NCBI GenBank assembly: GCA_963782595.1
Contig: CAWAKJ010000002.1
Location: 1,385,564 to 1,449,563 of the forward strand
Source: Vicinamibacterales bacterium
GTDB lineage: Bacteria; Acidobacteriota; Vicinamibacteria; Vicinamibacterales; JAMQPK01
Length of the DNA stretch: 64,000 bases
Direction: 5' to 3'
The notes under the pieces were generated by a model, which worked only from the letters and a program-made list of their open reading frames with translations, made no database searches and was not told where the DNA came from. Of this stretch, positions 57,652 through 64,000 are shown piece by piece. Position numbers and translations under genes: made by a program. Each line of letters opens with the position of its first letter. Within the stretch, counting starts at the first letter, position 1.

Positions 57652-57711
57652 GTAAGTCTCATCCTACAGCCCTGGAATGCCAAGGGCAAGAGTGCACTAA
57701 AATCCAACCCT

Positions 57712-59208
57712 ATGGATGTGTTCGCGTGCCAGCTTCATGAGGTGGATACCGATCTTGTCATTGTTTCTGCCTTCGAAGAGCAGGTCTCTGAGATCGCGCG
57801 GTGGTCGAAGGCGACCGACGGCGAACTGGATCGCGCCGTGGCGTCGAAGGAGTTCAGCGGAAAGCTGTACGAAGCGTTCCTGACGCCGCTTGTGGCAGGC
57901 GATTTTCGCGCGCGCAGGCTCGCTGCGGTCGGACTGGGCCCGCGCACTGCCTTCACGCTAGAACGGGCGCGGCGCGCCGCAACCGCAATGGCACTGATCG
58001 CCCGGCAGAAGAAGATCGGCCGGATAGCTTTTGCCGCCGTCGGCGCCCTTGAGACACCGGACATGATCCAGGCAATCGCCGAGGGTCTGACGCTTGCGGA
58101 GTTCGACGCCGGACAGTACAAGACCGCCGGTTACGAACCGTTTACGCTTCGCTCATCAGGCATCATCGTCACCGAGCAGTCTCGCCAGGTGGCTGAAATT
58201 GCCGCGCACCGCGGACGCGTGATTGCCGAGCACTGCAATCTGGCGCGTCAACTCGACAACGAACCCGGGAACGCCCTTACTCCGTCGGTCTTCGCCGCGC
58301 GTCTCGCCGAAATCGCACAAAGCGGCGGGCTTTCGGTTCGCGTGCTCGACTCTACCGAGCTCGAGCGGCTTGGCATGGGTATGCTGCTCGGTGTCGGCCG
58401 TGGAAGCGCGGAGCCGCCGCGCCTGGTCGAGATTCGGTACGAACCGGCCGGCGCTCCTAAGACGCCTGTGCTCGGATTCGTGGGCAAGGGCATCACGTTC
58501 GACACGGGTGGTATCTCGATAAAGCCCGCGCTGGACATGGATCGAATGAAGGACGACATGGCAGGCGGAGCGGCCGTCGTCTGTGCGATGCGCGCCGTGG
58601 CCGCGCTGAACGTCCCGATTCGAATCGTCGGCGTGGTTCCGATTGCCGAGAACATGCCGGGGGGCCGCGCTATCAGGCCAGGCGACGTGTTGAAGAGTGC
58701 GTCAGGCAAAACGGTGGAGGTCGTGAACACAGACGCCGAGGGCCGGCTCATTCTTGGCGACGCACTCTGGCACGCGCAACAGCTCGGCGCCACGCATCTG
58801 GTGGACATTGCGACACTCACAGGCGCCATCACCGTCGCGCTCGGAAAGATCACGACGGGACTCTTCGGCACGCCGCCGCCGTTCGTCGAGCACGTGCGCA
58901 GGGTCGCCGAGCGCGCGGGGGAGCAGTGCTGGCCGCTGCCGCTGTTCGAGGAGTACAAGGATCAGCTGCGCAGCGAAATTGCCGACATGATCAACACGGG
59001 CGGGCGCCCTGGCGGTGCCATTACCGCCGCGCTGTTTCTGCAGGAGTTCACCGGTGGCCTCCCGTGGATCCATCTCGACATCGCAGGCACTTCATGGACA
59101 GAGGAAAACAAGCCCTACATGACGAAGGGACCGACAGGCGTGGGTGTGAGGACCTTGATTGAAGTGGCGAGCGGGCTTGGAACGTGGAATCTAAACGCTG
59201 AAACCTGA
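57712..59208 (+). CDS. pepA: Leucyl aminopeptidase (M17)
   Basis: GKGITFDTGG, MKDDMAG, NTDAEGRL, ATLTGA, HLDIAG. Confidence 0.95.
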   Translation: MDVFACQLHEVDTDLVIVSAFEEQVSEIARWSKATDGELDRAVASKEFSGKLYEAFLTPLVAGDFRARRLAAVGLGPRTAFTLERARRAATAMALIARQKKIGRIAFAAVGALETPDMIQAIAEGLTLAEFDAGQYKTAGYEPFTLRSSGIIVTEQSRQVAEIAAHRGRVIAEHCNLARQLDNEPGNALTPSVFAARLAEIAQSGGLSVRVLDSTELERLGMGMLLGVGRGSAEPPRLVEIRYEPAGAPKTPVLGFVGKGITFDTGGISIKPALDMDRMKDDMAGGAAVVCAMRAVAALNVPIRIVGVVPIAENMPGGRAIRPGDVLKSASGKTVEVVNTDAEGRLILGDALWHAQQLGATHLVDIATLTGAITVALGKITTGLFGTPPPFVEHVRRVAERAGEQCWPLPLFEEYKDQLRSEIADMINTGGRPGGAITAALFLQEFTGGLPWIHLDIAGTSWTEENKPYMTKGPTGVGVRTLIEVASGLGTWNLNAET

Positions 59209-59248
59209 CAACCTGGTCGATGGGCCGATCGTGCCCGTTGACCTACGA

Positions 59249-59524
59249 CTATCGCCCATGGACCAGCGGCTGTATCTCGGTCTTGGCGATCGGCTCCGTC
59301 GGCGTCAACCCCAACGGCTGTGTCTGCATGTCCTCGTCGGGATCCAGTCGCGCCCGGAGTTTGCGATAGCCAATAATGACGGCAGCAAGCACCAGCCCGA
59401 ACAGTGCGGCTCCCACGGCCATTGCGCCGGTCAGGCCGATGGCCTCGAGCATCACGTCGCCGAGTCCGGAAATCTCGTTCGGCTCGATGATCTTGACGAT
59501 GATGGGCGTACTGGGGACTTGCAT
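59249..59524 (-). CDS. Small single-TM membrane protein
   Basis: One long hydrophobic helix followed by RKLRAR; TACAAT 7 nt upstream of ATG. Confidence 0.6.
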   Translation of the reverse strand: MQVPSTPIIVKIIEPNEISGLGDVMLEAIGLTGAMAVGAALFGLVLAAVIIGYRKLRARLDPDEDMQTQPLGLTPTEPIAKTEIQPLVHGR

Positions 59525-59561
59525 CGCATCAATTGTACAGCAGGGGCGGGGTGAAACTGGG

Positions 59562-59908
59562 AACTAGAATCTACAAACTAGAATCTAGAAACTACAATCT
59601 CTGGCGAGCCGAACGTTGAAATAATTGCGTTCTTCCAGTGAAACGTATCGATTTCCCGCCGTTGTCGCGACGGTCCTGAACGTGCATCCGCGTCGGTATG
59701 GACTCTGGAGGACTTCTCGCACGAGCGGAGCGATTTGCGCTCGACTCACTCGAGTTCTACCGAAAGTTGTCGAAAGCGCCCGAAGCCCAAGTCCCTGGCG
59801 TGCAGTCGGGAAGCGGAACAAACTGCGAGCCGGCATAAGAAAGGCGCGCGCAGCTATCTGATGAAGCTCCCAGATTCTAGTTTGTAGATTCTAGTTTGTA
59901 GATTCCAG
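59562..59908. repeat. Inverted TAGAATC-type heptamer arrays flanking a four-helix-bundle gene remnant
   Basis: Left AACTAGAATCTACAAACTAGAATCTAGAAACTACAATCT; right AGATTCTAGTTTGTAGATTCTAGTTTGTAGATTCC. Confidence 0.75.
59698..59838 (+). pseudogene. Four-helix-bundle (23S rRNA IVP-like) protein N-terminal remnant
   Basis: MDSGGLLARAERFALDSLEFYRKLSKAPEAQVPGVQ... resembles the family N-terminus (L..R...FA.....F...L......Q) and then terminates. Confidence 0.55.
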
Positions 59909-59915
59909 GATCAGC

Positions 59916-61895
59916 CTACTGTAACGCCGCCGTCTGGACCTTCTTCAGCGAGTCCTGATAGCGCAGGACCCCGGCCAGGAGCGATTCCGCGATGCGCTGA
60001 CGATAGGCCGGCGTCTTCAGGAGCCGCGCCTCCTGCCGATTGGTCACAAACGAGATCTCCGCGAGCACACTCGGCATCGCGGCGCCGATGAGCACCATGA
60101 ACGGCGCCTGTTTGACGCCGAGATCCCGCAGGACCTTGTTCCCCGGTCGCATGCCCCGAATCAGCGCGCGCTGAATGCTCGACGCGAAATCGCGCGACTC
60201 GTTCAGTTTGTTGTTCAACGTAATCGCCTTGACGATCTCGGGCAGGCTGTTCATCGTCTTGCCCGAGGTCGCGTTCTCTCGCGCCGCCACCGCTTCGGCT
60301 TGCGGGTTGAGCGCAAAATTCAGGAAGTAGGTTTCCACGCCGCGAGCGGCGACGTTCGCGCTCGCGTTGGCGTGAATGGAAAGGAACAGATCTGCCGACT
60401 CCCTGTTGGCGATTTCAGTACGCTCGTCGAGCGAGATAAATGCGTTGGTTCGCCGGGTCAGGACGACGTCCATGCCGGCCTGCTCTGCCAGGAGTGTCTC
60501 CAGGCGCAGGGCGATGTCGAGCACGAGCTCGGCTTCGGAGATGCCATGAGCAGAGGCGCCAGGGTCGTGACCACCATGACCCGCATCTATGACGATGCGG
60601 GAGACACCGAGGCCGAGCTGCCGGGAAACGGAAAACTTACCGCTGGAGTTCGTTGCAGGCGCCACTGGCTTCCGTACAGCCGCCGGCTTCTCTACGGCGA
60701 TGGTGCCGGGAGTCTCGGCGTCGACTGCGTCAGGCGCCTTCGGTGCAATGGGTGCAATAGGTGAGATGGTTGCACTCGGTGCGGGTGCACTGAGTGCGTT
60801 GGATGCAATCGGTGCGTTGAGTGCAATCGGTGCAGGGCGTGGGAGGGGTGCCAAAGGTGCGACGGCTGCAGTAAGTGCGATGGGTCTGCTGGCTGCTACA
60901 GGCAAACCGACCCGCCGGGAGGCACTTGATGCAACTGGCGTGTTGGGGGCAATGGCAGCCCGAGGCCGAATGAGCGGAATCGGTGTTCCAGCGCCCGTGA
61001 GCGCCTTCGAAGCGATGAGCCTCGGCCCAAGGTGTTCGGCGCGCTCTGCGTCAATCACGATGCGATACGGGTTGTACAGCGTAAACACGCTGTAGTGGCG
61101 CACGTTCTCGAGATCGAGCACGATTCGCGTCGTGCTGTTCGGGTGGCGGCCCATTCGTATGTGCCGAACGACGTCGGAGTTGTACCGGAAGGTCGAGTCA
61201 ACGAGCGCCGGCACCGTCTTCGTGCCCCGAAGATCGAAAAACAACCGTGCTGGACCTTCGATGCGCTCCTGATAGAAGGAGACCTCTCGGTCGAGCTCCA
61301 CGGTCACACGAACCACGTCGGGGAGCACCTCGCGTTGTATCCCTCGGATTGTGCCGATCGATGTCGTCGATGTCGCTGCCGGTGCTGCAGTCGATACCGG
61401 CGCTGCAACCGTTGTGGCAGCTGGCGCGGGCGGTGGTGTCTCCGGAGCAGCTGGCGCCACCGCTTCGAGCTCGGCCAGCTTCACGGACGCGATCTTGCTG
61501 AGGCTGCTGTGCGGATATTGTTCCGTAAGCCAGTGCAGCAACTGAAGCGCGCGGTTTCGGTCGCGCTGCTCCTCGAAGCGCCGGAACGACTCGGCCGAAA
61601 GGTTCGCCGCCTGCCAGAGCGCGTTGTCGGTGTATCCATTGGACGGGTAGCGCCGGACGAAACTCCAGTATCTGTTGATGACGAGGCGGAAATCGTCGGC
61701 CGTCGACGCAGCGGAGTTGAAGACAATCTGATCCTGCATCAGCAACGTCGCATAGCGAGCGCCGGAGGCCGTCTCGAAGATCGCATCCGGGTCAGAGGCG
61801 CCACCCTCCGTTGGATTGGCCGTTTGAGCGCACACGTACACTCCGAACAGCAGCATCAGCACCGCTCCCGCCAGATACCTATCTGAGTTGCGCAT
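59916..61895 (-). CDS. N-acetylmuramoyl-L-alanine amidase (AmiC-like, AMIN domain, TPR-like N-terminus)
   Basis: IDAGHGGHDPG, FLSIHAN, GVETY, PSVLAEISF; start uncertain. Confidence 0.92.
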   Translation of the reverse strand: MRNSDRYLAGAVLMLLFGVYVCAQTANPTEGGASDPDAIFETASGARYATLLMQDQIVFNSAASTADDFRLVINRYWSFVRRYPSNGYTDNALWQAANLSAESFRRFEEQRDRNRALQLLHWLTEQYPHSSLSKIASVKLAELEAVAPAAPETPPPAPAATTVAAPVSTAAPAATSTTSIGTIRGIQREVLPDVVRVTVELDREVSFYQERIEGPARLFFDLRGTKTVPALVDSTFRYNSDVVRHIRMGRHPNSTTRIVLDLENVRHYSVFTLYNPYRIVIDAERAEHLGPRLIASKALTGAGTPIPLIRPRAAIAPNTPVASSASRRVGLPVAASRPIALTAAVAPLAPLPRPAPIALNAPIASNALSAPAPSATISPIAPIAPKAPDAVDAETPGTIAVEKPAAVRKPVAPATNSSGKFSVSRQLGLGVSRIVIDAGHGGHDPGASAHGISEAELVLDIALRLETLLAEQAGMDVVLTRRTNAFISLDERTEIANRESADLFLSIHANASANVAARGVETYFLNFALNPQAEAVAARENATSGKTMNSLPEIVKAITLNNKLNESRDFASSIQRALIRGMRPGNKVLRDLGVKQAPFMVLIGAAMPSVLAEISFVTNRQEARLLKTPAYRQRIAESLLAGVLRYQDSLKKVQTAALQ

Positions 61896-64000
61896 CGACT
61901 TCGTCAAAGTACCCCTTGTCTACCAGGACTTCACGAGGTTTACCGCCGACACCGGGCGAGACGAGCCCGTCCATTTCCATCATGTCGACCAGGCGCGCGG
62001 CACGGCTGAACCCGATACGGAGTCGTCGCTGCAGATACGAAATCGACGCCTGGCCGCTCGAAACGACGATGCGCGATGCTTCGTCGTAGAGGTCGTCTTT
62101 TTCCATGTCCATCGCGTCGAGCTTTTTCTCTTCGGCAGTGATCGACGTGTTGTAGACCGGCTTGCCCTGCTTGCGGAGAAAGCTCGCGAGGCGCGCGCTC
62201 TCCTGTTCCGAGATGTACGGCCCGTGCAGGCGCACGGCGCGCGACGAACCCGGCGGCATGAAGAGCATGTCGCCCCTGCCGAGCAGCTGCTCGGCTCCGT
62301 TGCCGTCGAGAATGGTGCGCGAGTCGATCTTCGACTGCACACGGAACGAGATGCGCGAGGGCAGGTTGGCTTTGATGAGGCCGGTGATGACGTCCACCGA
62401 GGGCCGCTGCGTCGCGAGAAGCAGGTGCACGCCGACCGCTCGCGCCATCTGCGCCAGGCGCGCGATCGACTCTTCGACGTCCCCCCGCGCGACCATCATG
62501 AGATCGGCAAGCTCGTCGATGACGACGACGATGTAGGGGAGCGGGAGCAGTGGCTCTTCGGATTCGGCCGAGTGCGGCTCTTTCGCCATGTGGGCGGCGT
62601 TGCGGTTGAACTGCTCGATATTGCGCACGCCGGCCGCGGCGAGCTTCTTGTAGCGCTCCTCCATTTCCTTCACGGCCCAGCGCAGCGCGTTGACGGCCTG
62701 CTTCGGATCGACCACAACCGGCGTCATCAGATGCGGGATGTCTTCGTACATCCCGAGCTCGACGCGCTTGGGATCGATCATGACGAGCCGCACCTCTTCG
62801 GGCGTCGCGCGAAACAGAATGCTCGACAGCATCGAATTGATGGCGACCGACTTGCCGGTGCCTGTCGATCCGGCAATCAGCAGGTGCGGCATGATCGCAA
62901 GGTCCGCCATGTACGGCTCGCCGTGGATGGTCTTGCCGAGCGCCAGTGTCAGTTTCGAGTTCGACCGCTGGTACATTTCCGATTGCAGCAGCTCGCGCAG
63001 TGAGATCTGTTCGCGCGTGTGATTCGGAATCTGGATGCCCACCGTCGACTTGCCCGGTATGCGATCGATGAGCACCGACTCGGCCTGCATCGCGAGGCAC
63101 AGATCGTCGGCGAGCCCGGTGATTTTTCCGTATTTCACGCCGGCGTCGGGCTTGAATTCGAACGTCGTCACGACCGGACCGGGATGAATCTGCGCGACGG
63201 CGCCTTCGACGGCGAACTCGCGGCATTTCTCTTCGAGAAGGCGCGCCCCGTCCATCAGCTCGCGTTCGTCGATTTTGCGTTCGGTCTTGGGCGCATCCAG
63301 CAGCGACAGCGGCGGAATCGTGAACGCGCCGATACGGCGTGGCGGCCGGGGCTCGGGATCCGGGAGCGGCAGCGGCGGATTCTCGACCGTCTTCGGCCGC
63401 TTGGCCATGAGCGGCGGCCGGCGATCTTCGGCCGGCATCGCGGTGTTTGCGTCGGCGACCACGGCTGGCCGGACGAACGCGGGCTCTACAGGCTTCCTCG
63501 CAACCTCTGGAGGCGCCGACGGTTCGCTCTTTCTGCTTTGTTTGGCAAGCAGCGCCTGGCGCTGTTTCGCGCGGCGGCGCTCGTCGAGCCAGCTTCTGAA
63601 CAGGCCAAACATGCGCGAGCTGCCCGACCTGCTGACCTGAGTCGCCGATGAGAACACCCTTCCCAGCGACAGCTGTGTCGAAAGCACAACCGCGAGGAAG
63701 AGCAACGTCAGAATCACGATGATCGACCCGGTGCGGTTCAGGTACTCGGCCAACCACGACGCGACCCATTCACCCAGGTAGCCACCAGAGCGGAACGGCT
63801 TGCCGGCAACGTCCACGCTGCCAAACGCGAGGCTCATAAGCGAACTGACGCAGCCGAACAGCAGGCCCGCGCCGACCAGCTTGGTGTACTGCGCCTCGAG
63901 CGAGCGGCACCAGAAGTAGTGCCAACCCAGGATCACCATGGCCGCCGGCAGCAGATACGACGAATAGCCCAGCAGCTGAAACGACAGCTCCGCCAGGAAC
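61879..64000 (-). CDS. ftsK: DNA translocase FtsK, 5'-truncated by window edge
   Basis: PHLLIAGSTGTGKS, IDPKRVEL, IDELADLM, ATQRPSVDV, gamma domain LQRRLRIGFSRAAR. Confidence 0.96.
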   Translation of the reverse strand, partial: FLAELSFQLLGYSSYLLPAAMVILGWHYFWCRSLEAQYTKLVGAGLLFGCVSSLMSLAFGSVDVAGKPFRSGGYLGEWVASWLAEYLNRTGSIIVILTLLFLAVVLSTQLSLGRVFSSATQVSRSGSSRMFGLFRSWLDERRRAKQRQALLAKQSRKSEPSAPPEVARKPVEPAFVRPAVVADANTAMPAEDRRPPLMAKRPKTVENPPLPLPDPEPRPPRRIGAFTIPPLSLLDAPKTERKIDERELMDGARLLEEKCREFAVEGAVAQIHPGPVVTTFEFKPDAGVKYGKITGLADDLCLAMQAESVLIDRIPGKSTVGIQIPNHTREQISLRELLQSEMYQRSNSKLTLALGKTIHGEPYMADLAIMPHLLIAGSTGTGKSVAINSMLSSILFRATPEEVRLVMIDPKRVELGMYEDIPHLMTPVVVDPKQAVNALRWAVKEMEERYKKLAAAGVRNIEQFNRNAAHMAKEPHSAESEEPLLPLPYIVVVIDELADLMMVARGDVEESIARLAQMARAVGVHLLLATQRPSVDVITGLIKANLPSRISFRVQSKIDSRTILDGNGAEQLLGRGDMLFMPPGSSRAVRLHGPYISEQESARLASFLRKQGKPVYNTSITAEEKKLDAMDMEKDDLYDEASRIVVSSGQASISYLQRRLRIGFSRAARLVDMMEMDGLVSPGVGGKPREVLVDKGYFDEVDAQLR

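Noticed and set aside
61940-63769. Long alternative-frame and antisense ORFs (also e.g. 503-1654, 32433-34043, 51949-53406)
   Set aside because: Shadow ORFs typical of high-GC genomes that overlap well-supported genes and are Arg/Pro/Ala-rich

Overview
GC-rich bacterial chromosome segment. Gene content and repeat families suggest Acidobacteriota, probably Vicinamibacterales-like; this is an inference. From left to right it contains: (1) a sugar/cell-surface block (FAD oxidoreductase fragment, pyruvyl transferase, SMP-30 lactonase, atypical zwf, 3'-truncated sugar porter); (2) a decayed integrative/defence island at about 5663-11533, with a tyrosine-integrase 3' remnant, a ~1600-aa nuclease-NACHT protein and a short ORF remnant, ending at the 3' end of tRNA-Val(CAC); (3) a nucleoside-salvage cluster (upp, amidohydrolase, hpt, rpiB, deoC) whose RpiB and DeoC carry microcompartment-type extensions; (4) tRNA-Gly(CCC) and a patch of small ORFs; (5) housekeeping genes (PMM, NDP-sugar synthase, pgsA, bamD, rpe, rsmB, fmt, def, aroC), a large sigma-54 activator, an ECF sigma/anti-sigma pair and a SpoIVB-like peptidase with a beta-propeller partner; (6) a ~10 kb aromatic amino acid superoperon (aroD-aroE, trpEGDCFBA, chorismate mutase, DAHP synthase, tyrA); (7) JAB peptidase, pepA, amidase and ftsK. 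The most striking unannotated element is a 37-codon leader peptide upstream of the aromatic superoperon. It contains F-G-F-G-W-W-Y-Y and is followed by mutually exclusive antiterminator and terminator helices, which makes it a candidate attenuator sensing all three aromatic amino acids. No database searches or folding programs were run, so all calls rest on motif recognition by eye.
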